Assembly: GCA_018398765.1 (NCBI GenBank) | Contig: JAHBMJ010000359.1 | Location: 1-48,635, forward strand | Origin: Chromera velia | Taxonomy: Eukaryota | Direction: 5' to 3' | Length of the DNA: 48,635 bases | Shown here: positions 24,940 to 37,700 of the stretch, in pieces | Layout of the letters: every line of letters begins with the position of its first letter | Position numbering within the stretch: the stretch's first letter is position 1 | Notes under the pieces: model-generated | What the model was told of the DNA's origin: nothing | Seen by the model: the letters and a program-made list of their open reading frames with translations, nothing else | Databases searched by the model: none | Position numbers and translations under genes: made by a program

Positions 24940-26330
24940 GCACCGCTTGATCTCGTTTCTGTGGAAACCTACGGCTTCGAGTTCCCTAAAAAATGCCTGT
25001 CACACCATCTCAAACTCTGCATCTGGATACAGTGAAAACAAGAATGCCCGTTGCAAGTGATCTTTCAGGATTGCACGAGAGCGGGAATGCGGTCAAGCAG
25101 TCAAAGCATGAGCGAAACGAGGAATACTCAGGTAAATGCTTTCCTCACTTCCATTGTTTTGTTCCCCTCTGATTCCGTTTGGGTCCTTTGGTAGTAACCA
25201 CAGCCGCAGGCCATAGCCATACACTTTCAGTTTAAACTGTAAAAAGTTTTCGGTCCTTTGCTTTTCTAATACGCATTCTTTTGCATAAAAGTCCTTCTTT
25301 TGCAATGCAATATACAGTCGGTCTCTCTTTTGCTTGCATGCCAGTCGTGTCATAATAATGTGATCGTCTATCTATCTGTGAATGAGACAAGCGCTGTCAT
25401 TTATTTCCACCCTGTCTTGCTTGATCGCCCACTCTCTTTCTTTCAGCCCTGCTGTCAGGTTTGCAAGCGCTGGAGAAAGAGGTGATCCCTGTGTAAATCT
25501 TTCTCTCTGCCATATAAATATATGTCCCACCCACCCTCACCACACATGTATCAAAGTCTTGCTGCACCACATGCAATACATCATAAAATGAAAATGCATC
25601 AGCATTCAAAAAGTTTCCATGCATAGATATATAGGCCTGTACTTTCCGATACTTTCCGGTGTCCCGCCGGAGTCCATCTTCTCCTATCCCTGCCTGCAGC
25701 GTGAGACCGGAAGGATCTCTGAGCCACCACTTTGTCTCTCACTTTTGGTATGACCAGAAACCTCCCTCTTCTCTCTGAACATAACTCACTGCACGCTGAA
25801 TCAAGAAGGTGAGTGATAAGTGCACGGGGGATAGAGGGATAAAAATTTTTGATGTCTTCCACTATGAATGTGACTTTAAATTTGAAGACTCTGGCACATC
25901 CGGGCATATCAGGGAAAAAGGCAGCGCGGTAAGACCGGACGGATACGCACGGTAAAGCAGATATGCACGAGTTGAATTTTGCAACTACTTAAAGTTTCAT
26001 GAATTCAAATGGGGAAAAGAGCGTCGCATAAGGATTTAAGCCTTTGGGTAGAAGGAGTGCATTCAACATCTTGCACACCTTTGAATACACTTTCTTCCAT
26101 CCATGTTGTGCATACGAAACAAGTGGTCGCCACTTCAACTCTGCCAGTAAAACGGGTTGTCCATTCATAAACGTTTTCTATTTTAGCCACACAATTCCCA
26201 GTCCACATCTTTTTGGAGTATGAAATCTTTATGTTAATTGAATTAAACATAACGCGTTTAGTTAAACTTTTTGAATCCATTTTTTTTTCAGTCATAATGA
26301 ACGATTGAACAAAGACCAGACCCAAAAGGG
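24940..26330 (-). mobile_element. Decayed Penelope-like element (PLE) reverse transcriptase
   Basis: Ordered RT motifs on the minus strand: KWRPLVSYAQH (~26105-26135), FIVEDIKNFYPSIP (D at 25854-25856), QGSPLSPALANL (~25455-25491), HR*IDD (25363-25380), ENFLQFKL, and a PLE-like thumb HLQRAF...RELEAVGFP (~24962). Several stops and frameshifts. Boundaries approximate. Confidence 0.75.
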
Positions 26331-26576
26331 TGATGAGGATGGTGAAAGTGAGAATTTAGCTTAATTCAGCTTGCAATGATCAGAGTTTCCATTAGCTTCG
26401 ATTTACTCTAGGATTTACTGCATGAGGCGGGAGAGAAAGTCAAGAAAGCAACCACGAGGAGAGTGTTCCTTTGTCAATGCCGGGGCTATCATTGCTGCGG
26501 CGCAGACACCGGACAATTAAAAGTCTAATTCGGAGTAAATTAATAGTAGTAAATGGATAGTAAATGGAGAGCGTAC

Positions 26577-27055
26577 TGTGGAGTCCTACCCTGTGGCGCC
26601 GCCCTCTGGACCCTGAATGCGCCCTCATGCGCTGTATCTGAATGAGCCTACATGCTGACGCCATGCTCCGCCGCCGCGTATATACGCAATCGACTTGCAT
26701 GCATATACGTATCGTGCACGTCGGTCAAAGTTGTCGAAGTCGAGTCTGCATGACCTTTATATTCAAGCAACACGTCACTTGAGCAACGGATAACATTGTC
26801 TGAGTTTGATGTCTGTTCGTCACAGATCAAGAGATCTCCTAAGAGTCTGAGAGAGAGGAATGAGTAGAAACTGTACAATGATAGAATGAACCCAGTTGAT
26901 TGGAATCCTAGATCACTCTAGAGCTAAACCTGCTGTAAACTGTTGCCTGAATAAGTGTTGCTCATGTTCCTTCTCTAGAGTTTCCCTAAGGTTCTTGTCC
27001 TTGCTTTACCTTCTGTCTGGACGCCATAAGGTGGCCGGACAGGAGGGACAAAGCA
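26577..27055 (+). repeat. 5' LTR (479 bp)
   Basis: Near-identical to 30579-31048. Confidence 0.9.
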
Positions 27056-30000
27056 TTGTGGTGAACGCCCAGCTCGATGAGTATCGACTCTCAAGTACCT
27101 TCTATGATGGAGACCAGATCTGTCCTTTTGCGCAATAGTTGGAAACCGATTGCAACGATACGGGCACGGTCAGGCAAAGACCGTGAGTAGGGGAATTCAG
27201 CATCCCCTTGCGTCCCAAGCTGTCTGGAGCCCTGTTTCGGAGATCCCCTTCGAGTCTGATCCTGGACTTTGCCTTTGTCCTTGGATGGAGAGCCTGAAGA
27301 TCGTTGGAGGTTGCCAAAGCCGGTGGTGGAGACGTTGCTTGGTGTTGCTTAGACTTTCGAGGAGCTTGATTTCATTGAGACCGCCACCTACAAGCAGATC
27401 GCAATTCAAACGGCCAGTCGGGTACTTTCCTTATGTCTGTTGATTCTGTAACTGTCTCCGTCTTCCGGACGAGTGTCGGCTGATCACCTTCACTTGTCTT
27501 TCAAATTGCTGTTAATGCAATTGGTTGCTTGCTTGTCTGCACGAGGTTGACCACCTTTGTGGCCTGTAAACACCTCCAGCGTGTCTGGGTCTGTCTGAAC
27601 TGGTCCTCCGACAGTGTCCAAACATAAGAAGATGCCCTTCGCCTCTCCCATATGTCTGCAAGGTTGTCACTTTCTTCCGAGAGAGAGCTTGATAATGTCG
27701 CTTCTGAATGTCCGTCTGTCGTGTGGATCATTCAATGAGTGGCCATTCAATCGGACGTGCAAGACTCTGCTTGCATGTTAAACAGACAGAAGGGACGGAT
27801 GGCAGCATACCACATGGACCAACGTGGTGACGGCCGGTATGCCAGCCGGGGAAGGCCTTCTGCTCTGGGACTCCGACGCGGCGAGCCTGGAGTAGGAAGG
27901 AGGGGGAAGTAAAGAAGGGGTATAAAATGACATCGAGCCTGCCCTCGACGGCAAGAGAGGCAGAAGGGTCACGGCAGACCTATTGAGAGACAGAGTAGGG
28001 CACACGGCAGCTACCGCCTCGTCTCTCGCCGGCGCCGGCAAAATTTTTAACAGGGATTAGGAAGGGCAAAGCGGGTCATGGGGGAAGGGGGAGAAGGGGG
28101 GACAATGGGGAAGGGGGGAGAGGGAGGGAAAGGGGGGGAAAGAGGGGGAGAAGGGGGTTACTTCGAAGTGGGGGGGTGAATCGAATCGAGGCTGGCCAAG
28201 AGCATGCGAAGTACTAGCGACTGAGTGTGACTGGAGCGTCTTTTGTCCAGAGTTGAGAGTTTATGTATCGAAAGGAGCAGCAAAGAGATGAAACGAGACA
28301 GAAAGAAGAGATGAGATAGAAAAAAACCAGCGGAGCAGTCTGCAATGTGTCCGGTCCCTTCCCTCTCTCCCTTTATGCAGCTACTGACACGCGCGAAAAT
28401 ATGTTTGTGCTTGACGAGCCGGCCAAGTCCTTCTGTCAACGAGAACTCGATGTCGATTGCCTACCCCTACGTCAGCTACGTATGAGACGGGCAGAAGACT
28501 GCCTAATTGCCGCCGCTGTGCGCTTATGCCTGCGCATACCTGCGACTGCCTGTGACCGCCCTTATGCCCCTGCACTGGACTTAGGGGGGGGATTGAGCTC
28601 ATTACGAAGCTGAGCATCAAAAAGATAGACTGCGAGAACAATAAGTCGAGCGCCGCATGTGCCGCGCATTCGAAACTTCTGGAACTCCTTTTGGAGGAGT
28701 GATCTTTCTTCTCTCTCAACTTCTCTTGGCTTTGTTTTGCGCGTGACTTGGGAGTCAAACCCCTCGTGTGGCTGAGAGTACGGGCGTACGAGGGGACGCC
28801 TTTATCCGCTGTCTCCTTCTCGTTTCCTTCTGCTGCTTTGAAATGTTTCGGATTATTCCTGGCTTCTTCCTTTGAGAAAAACAGACTGGAAGAGGCGGAG
28901 AGAAAATAAGTAGAGGAGGAGCAAAGAGAGAAGAAATCTTGAAAGAGATGTCTATTGAACGAGAAAGAAAAAAGAAAAAAAGTGAGGGGACAGCCCGTGC
29001 ATGTCTTGGTGTCCGTTCTGCATCTTTTCCCTGCAGGGGGATGCCGGTGCTTTGGAGGCCCTCTGGGTTCTCTGGGTATCGCCTCTCCCCCTCGCAGCAC
29101 GGGGGTTGACGGGAGCCTTAGTGGAGCGAGCCGTCTCTGCGCGAGCATCTGCGTGGAGCCAGACAGTGTACTGCCAGGCGTCTCCCTTTGATAGGCCGGC
29201 CTGAGAAAGAGAGAGAGAGAGAGAGAGAGTAGGAGCAAGTGAAACAAAGTCGTTTTCGAAGTTGGATACGTCTTTCTTTCCGCCAGTTTCGCATCTTTCT
29301 TTTCGCTTGGTCTATCATTGGTGGTGTTCGATCTGCGTCTTTGTTTCGAGGCCACGGAGGTGTGGAATTGCTTTGTTTTTCCGTCTCACTTCAAGGGGAA
29401 CGAAGGCAGTATAAAAGAGAAATGAGAGGAAAAGGAAACGGTTGCACTGCGTAAGAGTTTGAAGAGTAAACATTTGTCAGAATGCGCTTGTCCGTTCCTC
29501 TCAGAATTTTTGCATTGGCGTTGTTTCCGCTTTTTCATTTACCGCCTTCTAGTGCTGTCCCGTTTATGAATGTGAAGATCTGATGTAGTGGGAGCGTGTA
29601 CACGTGCACGTGCATGCCTGAACTTTTGTCCCGTTAGTTCTTTGGTTGGCTGCACATGTCCCTCTGAGTCTATCTGTTTGTTGCTCAGTAAAAAGTCAAT
29701 CGGTCTGCTTTTTTCTTTTCCCAGTTTTAGCTGTTTGCTTCTCTGGCTTCTCGCTGTGGCTGCTTTTTCTACTGGCAGCATTGAAATGAACTCTTGTCAT
29801 GCGGGGTGTGTTGTTGAGAGTTCATGTCCTTTACTTTTGCCTCCATGTAGCTGCGTTCGCTCGTCTGACTTTGCCGTATTGGTACGAGACCGGCGCCTCG
29901 AAAGAGGAAAGAAGACAAAGAGGGGAAAGCAAAGCGGGAGTGAGAAGTAAGAAAGTGAAAGAGGGAAAGATAAAAAAAAGAAAATAAAAAAAAAAATGAG

Positions 30001-30578
30001 GTGGACGACTATGAGCGTATGCATCAGCATGGGGATGCATGCATGTATGTGACCGCACGGATACCGCGCAGGCCTGACTGTATCCTATTCTCTGCCGCTC
30101 TTTCTGTCTAGCATTTCTGTCTCGTTCTTTCTTTCTGAGGGGTACGAAAAGTTAATAGAAAGCTGGGAAATGTAAGACCTTGCAATGGGAAACTTGCGGC
30201 CGTCGAGTGATGGGCTCTGCCGTCAGGTAGAGATGGTGTGCTTTTGCAGGCCACGAGTAAGCCAACGTCCCTAAAACAGGTTTTTTGAGGAAAGACCTGG
30301 CGGGTTGGCGTTGCCGGCGAGGCAGTGATGATAGTACCTTTGCGTACGTTAATCTGATTGACTTGTATCGATGGGAAGAAAAAACTTTTCTGCTTGTCAG
30401 CTTTCGCGTCTAGATTTTTTCGACTACCTCCTTGAAGGTGTTCTGTTGGTTGCATGGGTTTGCATTGTGTCTTATTGATCATGTCCTTTTGCTCGCCTTT
30501 TTTCCCTTTCCGCGCATGCTTGAATGTATCTGACTGATCGCGGGGACGCGATTTTCTTATCCGTAGCCGGGGGGGATC

Positions 30579-31048
30579 TGTGGAGTCCTACCCTATGGCG
30601 CCGCCCTCTAGACCCTCGTATGCGCTGTATCTGAATGAGCCTGCATGCTGACGCCATGCTCCACCGCCGCGTGTATACGCAATCGACTTGCATGCATATA
30701 CGTATTATGCACGTCAGTCAAAGTTGTCGAAGTCGAGTCTGCATGACCTTCGTATTCAAGCAACACGTCACTTGAGCAACGGATAACATTGTCTGAGTCT
30801 GATGTCTGTTCGTCACAGATCAAAAGAGCTCCTAAGAGTCTGAGAGAGAGGAATGAGTAGAAACTGTACAATGATAGAATGAACCCAGTTGATTGGAATC
30901 CCAGATCACTCTAGAGCTAAACCTGCTGTAAACTGTTGCCTGAATAAGTGTTGCTCACGTTCCTTCTCTAGAGTTTCCCTAAGGTTCTTGTCCTTACTTT
31001 ACCTTCTGTCTGGACACCATAAGGTGGCCGGACAGGAGGGACAAAGCA
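30579..31048 (+). repeat. 3' LTR (470 bp)
   Basis: Near-identical to 26577-27055, net 9 bp shorter. Confidence 0.9.
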
Positions 31049-31259
31049 CTACCCTATAAAATTAAAGGTACGTGTTTTAGGGTTTTTAATTCTCCAAAAT
31101 ACTCCAAAAAGTGGTTTGGAACTCCAAAAAGTTTAGAATTATAAAAAAAAAAGAAGTCCTATAGGAAGGTCCTAATTAATTATATATAGCGCTCCTAACG
31201 TAGAAATACGTAAAAAATGATGGAAAACATATTTCTAACACTTAAAAAAAAACTGATCT

Positions 31260-32194
31260 ACAGTGTATGTGGATCGTTGACCCCGGTATGGGCCAATTCA
31301 GCCAGTAGCATGCTTCAGACAATCGCATCAGATCTTTTGAGAAAAGAAAGCCAGAGAGGGAGAAACGGAATGAATAAATGGACACTGAGGCAGAAAGCAA
31401 GGGAAAGGGAAGCCTCAGAATGGTTGTTGGAATGGTTGACTTCAAGACCCGTCGGCAAGCATAGGCTCACCCGTTCATATGGCATCTATCCACGCAACTC
31501 CCGACTGAGTAATTTTCAGATAGAGAACCGATCACACCAGCGTCTGGCCATGTTGCTTTTAGGGGGGAGGGTTAGAAGGGGGTGGGGTTACACAGTTCAA
31601 TTGCATACCCTGCTTTGCTCTCTCTTGTCTGGTAATTCTCTTTTCACTTCTCTCCTTCAAGCATATGCTGGTGGGGGAAAGAGATACGGTGGATCCTGCG
31701 AAGAACACTGTATTCACTGTCCTGCAGTCGAAGGTAAAAAGGTGATTGACGATACGGTGCATCGATTGTCTGTGTACGTTCGAATAGAGCAGCTTAGATC
31801 CAAACTTCACTCGCTGGTAGAGAGAGTGAAAGAGAGAACAGGAATTGGTGAAAGGGTTTGCAGAGCAAGATGGACTGCTGCAGGCTGCAGCTGGGAGAAG
31901 AGGTATCAGGGAAGAAGAGACATATATAAGAGAGCTCGTTTTATCCATTGTGGACCGGGAGCCGAAGAAGGCAAGTGCACTGATCAAAGCTTGTCTGAAA
32001 TGAGTGCGCGCGCGTTTTGTATGGTTGTTCAGCCTTTAGCTTCAGCCTAGGCTGCGGAGGGTCGTGGTTGTTCATATTCATGCGGAAGCAGGCTAAGCTG
32101 CGGCGGTTTGCTCCTTTTGTTTACAACTGCATGCATGGGTTGCCATTTGTCTCTGGTTTCAGAGACTCTAGGCTTAACCACAATTAAGTAAGTA
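31260..32194 (+). mobile_element. 3' fragment of a LINE (C-terminal CCHC region and 3' end)
   Basis: CIHC...DDTVHRLSVY (last Cys probably mutated to Tyr) parallels the CCHC of the 6760-9533 LINE. Perfect hairpin GTCTCTG-GTTT-CAGAGAC at 32149-32166, then TCTAGGCTTAACC and a short TAAG tail. 5' boundary approximate. Confidence 0.65.
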
Positions 32195-32776
32195 TAAAGA
32201 TACATTGCCAAAAGTTTGGGTGAACAATGAGCATCACTGTCAGCGTGATGCTCTCTCTACTGCTTAGTCTAGTGTTCTTTTTACAGGCTCTCTCATTGAA
32301 ACGTCTCACATCGTGTTGTAAGCTGGCTAGTAAGCTGGTTCAAGTGTCTTCTGCATGCAAGCATCTTTGAACCAGGCACTCAGATTAGTTCTGCACTGAC
32401 GCGTACGTTGGGCCGCATCAAAACGAGTGGAAGATTCTAAGGGAACGTTGTCCATCCAGTCGATCTCCACTGCACCCTAGACTGTACTCAGCTTTCGTAG
32501 CAAATGCGCAAAGTTGTGCTATTGTGTCTGGAACGTGCTTGTCGTGCCGGGGCCTCACCTGAAATTCACATGCATGAATCATCTATTCCTTCCTGCGTTC
32601 TCTCTCGTTTCGCTCCTCCGCCTTGCCTCCAGCTTCTTTGAACGCTGACAGCAAGGGCCAGAAAACGAAAAGAACATCGCTGCACCATCAAATGAACCCT
32701 TCAACCTCCGGCGGAGGTTGCAGTCTCTCCTCGCCAACCTTTTGACGCCCACTGATCCCTCCCCCCACTACTTCTG

Positions 32777-34005
32777 TCACACCCCGTTCGCACCTGTTCG
32801 GTCGGTGCTGCAGCATCTCTGCGCCCCCCCCCTCTCACGGGGGCCCTCTCCCACTTCCTCCGCACCCTCTGCGTCGAGAAGGTGGGCCTTCGCTCCGTCT
32901 CGCAACACCGACGTGATACGATTTCTCTGACCGACTCTGTCTACAGAGTCTGCCCCCAGAGAATGTGTGGTTGCAGGCGCGCTTTCCGTTTCACTGTTGG
33001 GTGACGACAAACAGCAGGGCTCTGCAGACTCGCCAACTGGCTGTCTCCTGTTCAACACAAAGTGACCAGTCGTCAGACCGAGACACGTTGACATGAACAA
33101 CTCAAAGTTGTATGTCATCGCTAGAAGCATCGCCAGGTACCTGCATTAATTCATGAACAGGGAGGGAAACAGAGCACATGCAATAGGAAAATCAATATGA
33201 CTTCTCGAGCTGCAAAGAGCACGCAAGAAAGAAAGTGCGCTGGAAGGGAGGGAAATGGAGACAAGAAAACCACCTCTGGACTGCGCTATACCCCTTCCAG
33301 CAGTTGCAGGGCCAAATCCAGTTGAAAAAAAAGACGTCAGAGAGACGGACCGGAAGAGCAACCAACCAAAAAAAAACGGATCCTGAACGAACACTGACCC
33401 AACGATGATGTTGCAGAGGAACAGCAGGAAGGTGAGTGTCTCTGTTTGCCACGTGACACCGCGTTTAGACGCCCTCAGCATCAGTAGTCGTCTGCTTCCA
33501 CACACAAAGGGGGAAAGAAGGTTTTCATGATCGTCTCAATCTTCGTCTCGTCAAGTGCGGACTTGCAACACGACCAGCAAGCACAGCACCGGGGGGGGGG
33601 GGCACGCTTCTACTTCGAGACAAACACACACAGCGGGGGGGACAGAAATGGGGTGTTCCACGGGTGTAAGCGTAAGCAAAAAGAGAGACGAAGAGTGCGT
33701 CACGCTGTCTAGAAGACCGCTGACTACCCCTCAGGAAAGCGTTCTGACCTTGAGAAGATGAGGACATCCGCGAGGAAACCCAAGCCGAAAGCCAAGAGGC
33801 ACCCCAGAGCAAAGAGAAGAGGCGTTCTCAGAACGAATCCGGGGAAAAGCCAGACGATGCACGATGTCTGTGTCTTGCCCCCCCTCATGGCTGACTCGAA
33901 TCTGCACACACCAAGGCACCCACACATACACACATACACATGCAGACACATGCACACATACACACATACACACACATGCACACACTTCACACACACCTTC
34001 ACACA

Positions 34006-34049
<44 letters not shown>

Positions 34050-35788
34050 CAGCGGTTGCAAATAGCAAAACGGGAGCTTCTGTGGAGCTGCCACAATCGA
34101 AGCAGGTGGGATTGCGTAGAAGAAATCAGGAGGGAGAGAAAAAGAGAGGACAGACACACAGACTGAATGACCTTTTCTTTCCTTCCTTGCTTCATCTCAT
34201 CCAGCCAGCCAGCCAGCCAGCCAGCTAGCCAGCCGCCACACACACACGCACACACACAAAAGGGGGGGGGGGGCAGGGAGGAAGGGACAGGAAGAGAGGC
34301 CAACACACGCTGACGAGGGAGGCTTAACAGCAGGCCTCTAGCTGCACCCACAAGGCAAGGCTCTCACCCACCCGAGCATGAGCATCGAAGTGGCCCCACT
34401 GCAGAATTCGTCCCCCCCCCCCNCCGCTGCCTTCGATGCAGGCGGACACTTCAGCCCGCATTCGAAGTGATGCACTCCGTCGTCTGGGCACAGGTCGCTC
34501 TTCTCCCAGTCCCAGCACACCGCCTTCTCTCCGCAAGTGTCGTTCCTCATGCACTGCATCCAGCAGTACACCTCCCCTGCAGCGCACTGCGTGTCTGCCA
34601 AACGTCTCCACATACTCTCTGCATCCCCCCCCTCTATCTGCTCGGCCAGTTCTCTCCTGCTGATGATGTGCAGATCCTCAGAGGACGAAGAAGAAGACGG
34701 TACTTGAGGGGGCGCTTTGCCTTCATAGAAGAAGTCGAAGAATTCCCTTCCCTTATCCCCAGCATAGACGGCAGTGACACCCTTCTTGGGCATAAACATC
34801 CTGCCGAACACCTGTCGCTCCTCGTCAAACCGCTTCACTGCATGCAGACAAGGACGCACACCCCGACCCAGGCGGTCAACGTTCAACCCTGCCCACGACG
34901 CCAATCCATCCCCTACCAAGACCAGAGCTGTGCGTTCAACGTCCTTGAGTTCCACTGCCCCGAGCTCTGTGACCAGGCTCTGGTCCTCTGAGGGGGCTAG
35001 GACGAGGAACAGGCCCCTGTCTGTGTGCAGAGGCATGGCCAAGGAGTCAAATTGAGGAGGGCGTGCATGCTCCTCGTCAACGGGAGGCCTGCAAGCAGAC
35101 ACGGAGAAGCGAGGGAAACTTCATGGAGAAAGGAGGAAGAGGAGGCCGCCCTCCTCGATTTCTCGTTCCGACAGCGACAGCCCACCTTCCATCAAACCAA
35201 TCCCTCATGCACCCACACGCACTTGTCTCAGACTGACTTGTACACATGGAAGTGATCCAAGTGTGTCCCCTCCAACACCGTCTCCACCAAACCCCTTCGA
35301 CCCCCATCCACCCCCTCAAACTCCAGAGCCCCCGCACCCAGAGAACTGTGCACCAGAGTCTGCACAAAGGCGTCTCCAATGGAGAACATGGATTCCCGGA
35401 GAGACCGAGCACCCTCACTCAGTGTTTCTGAACACCCGCTCGGTGTGGTAGGAAAGTGCTGATCGGATGTCAGGGCCAGAGTCGCTCTGGTGGACCCATC
35501 CACAAGGTCCACCCTCGAGGCCTTTCCCGTCTCCAGCGCTTCCTCCACACACGCAGGAAACTCCCTGCGAAGAGTCTCGATCCCAGCTGCCCATCCTGGG
35601 GCGTCTGTGACAGCGACGATGCCGTCGTGTTGCACTGCGGAGACGAATCGTTTGTGCTCAGATCCCACCAAGCCCCTTTGGAGGCTCTCAAAGCTGAGAG
35701 TCACCGGCGTCCATGCAGAGGCTCCCCATACAAATGTGAGCAAAAGAAACTCACCAAAGGTACAGGAACCAGACAATCGGCGAGACAT
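32777..35788 (-). CDS. Ctr-family copper transporter fused to an N-terminal signal peptide, a 2OG-Fe(II) oxygenase-like domain and a Cys-rich domain (~625 aa, 5 exons)
   Basis: Exons 35788-35238, 35088-34372, 33901-33749, 33491-33399 and 33140-32777; all four introns are phase 2 and GT-AG. Ctr hallmarks: MLMLGF, TM1 LFALGCLLAFGLGFLA, TM2 GYLAMLLAMTYN (MxxxM), TM3 GLTTG. Oxygenase-like motifs: LHTDRGLF, LVGDGL, CLHAV. One N at 34423 lies inside exon 2. Confidence 0.82.
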
Positions 35789-36381
35789 TCTGAAACAAGG
35801 AAAAAAAGTGCAGATGCGAACTGATACAGAGAGTCTGGGACAGGTCAGACGCCCCTTTTCATACAAGCCCAAAATTCACGACACTCGGACCCCTCTGCAT
35901 CGAAGCTTCCTGAACACGTCCCGAGACGAACCACTTTGCAATTTTCGGACAGCTCCTTCGGATGCAGAAGTTTGAGGTGTCCCTATGGTGTCCCTCAAGC
36001 TCCAGAGACAGTCCAGAGAGCATGCATGCAAAGGGTTCATTCGGTATTCATTGGGTGAAAGGCGAGCACTGACCGAGCTAAGGATCGCGGAGACGGCAAA
36101 GGTGGAGACGCGGGAGACTTGCAAGCAAACTGACCAGCCTCGCAGAAGTCTGGTGACGCTGGTCCGACATGATTGGTCCGACTGACAGTGAGAGGAAGGG
36201 GAAGCAGAACAAAGATTGAAGTGAGTCACGTCGTCCTCGATCTTTCTCGGGGAGTCTTGCTCACTTACGTCGTGGATTGTGTATGAGATTTGGGGGAGTG
36301 AGGAGGTGTATCGCCCCATTCGTTTGCGCTTTCTCTCTCATGCGACTTCTGCTTCCTTTCTGCTTCGCGGGTATCGGGAAG

Positions 36382-36828
36382 ATGATGCAAAAGTCTGGAA
36401 TGACCCCGGAGCTTGAGCAGCTCTACAGCCATATCGCCAGTAAGCGCCCCGTGCAGAGGTCGAAATTCAAGGAATGGATGAAGGTGATGGATGCGAAGAG
36501 CGACTACTCAAATATCTTGAAGAAGCAAACGGCCGAATTGGGGCTTGCCTATGATGAAGAGACAGGCAGATTGAAGTACACCAAAGATTTTGAGCCTGTC
36601 CCGATCTCTTATGAGATCTGCTACGTGCGACACGGAAAGACTGCAGGAAACACCGAGCCGAGGGTCTATCAGGTCGGTGGGGTGGAGAGTGCTCCTTGAC
36701 GGTCTCAGAAAGATAACCGAAGAGAAGTTCAAGCAGGACGCTGAATCCTTTATGCCTCATGTCTGTGCAGGGACAGGTGGACTACCCGGAGAATGCTCTG
36801 AACGAGATCGGACTGCAGCAGGTCTGTG

Positions 36829-36867
<39 letters not shown>

Positions 36868-37371
36868 TCTGACCCCGTCTCCCGTCTCCTCAATTCCTTT
36901 TGTCTGAGGCCAGTCCGACTCCGTCTCCAGTCTCCCACCTGAAAACCCGAAACAAAATCGGTGGCCCGCTTTCGCGATTGCAGGCAGAAGATGCAGCGAA
37001 ACTGTTGGACAAGGCTGTCGCTGACGGGTGGAAACCTGATCTAATCGTTTACTCTCCGCTTTCTCGTGCAAAGGTCAGTGGGGAGGGGTTGTGCCGTGAC
37101 TGTTCTGTGTTCTTTCCCTGTCTTCCTCGATGAGTGGTACAAGATTCTTGTACTGCGCTTCGTCATGGGATGTGCTCTGTGAGTCACCTTTCTCCCCTCG
37201 CCTCGTTTCGTTCGTTGTTTTGCTTTTCTAAGTCGGGCTCTTTCTGCGTCTCGTTTTCTTCAAGTCTCTCCTACACTGGCCAGATAAATTCCGTCGTGTA
37301 CTTTCTTCAACACCAGAGAATGTCTCTACTTCCAGTAGTTTCTTTTCTCTGTGTTCATATATACGTATATA

Positions 37372-37408
<37 letters not shown>

Positions 37409-37648
37409 GTTATATTATATAAATATTCATTCATTTATTCATTCATTCATTCATTTCGATCTCGAGGAGAGGAAAAAGAAAAAAGTTAGTGTGTCTGTCA
37501 CCCTTTCTCTGTTTTGCGCTCGTCCTGTCTCTCTGTCTTTTTTCTCGTCTACTTCTTCCTCCCAGCCATCTGTATTCTCCTTTTGTATCTCTGTCTCTGT
37601 CCCTCTCTCTTTCTCGCTTTGTCGTTCTCGGCACGCTGCCCTCTCTCT

Positions 37649-37700
<52 letters not shown>

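Larger units (their letters stand above)
26577..31048 (+). mobile_element. Non-autonomous LTR retroelement (LARD-like)
   Basis: LTRs at 26577-27055 and 30579-31048 with TG...CA ends. PBS-like TGGTGAACGCCC at 27059-27070. PPT GGGGGGGA at 30569-30576. Imperfect flanks GTAC/CTAC. No gag or pol motif recognised in the 3.5-kb interior. Confidence 0.85.

Noticed and set aside
24940..26330. Telomerase (TERT) gene
   Set aside because: Short, with multiple stops and frameshifts and no recognisable TRBD/T motif. The thumb is PLE-like.
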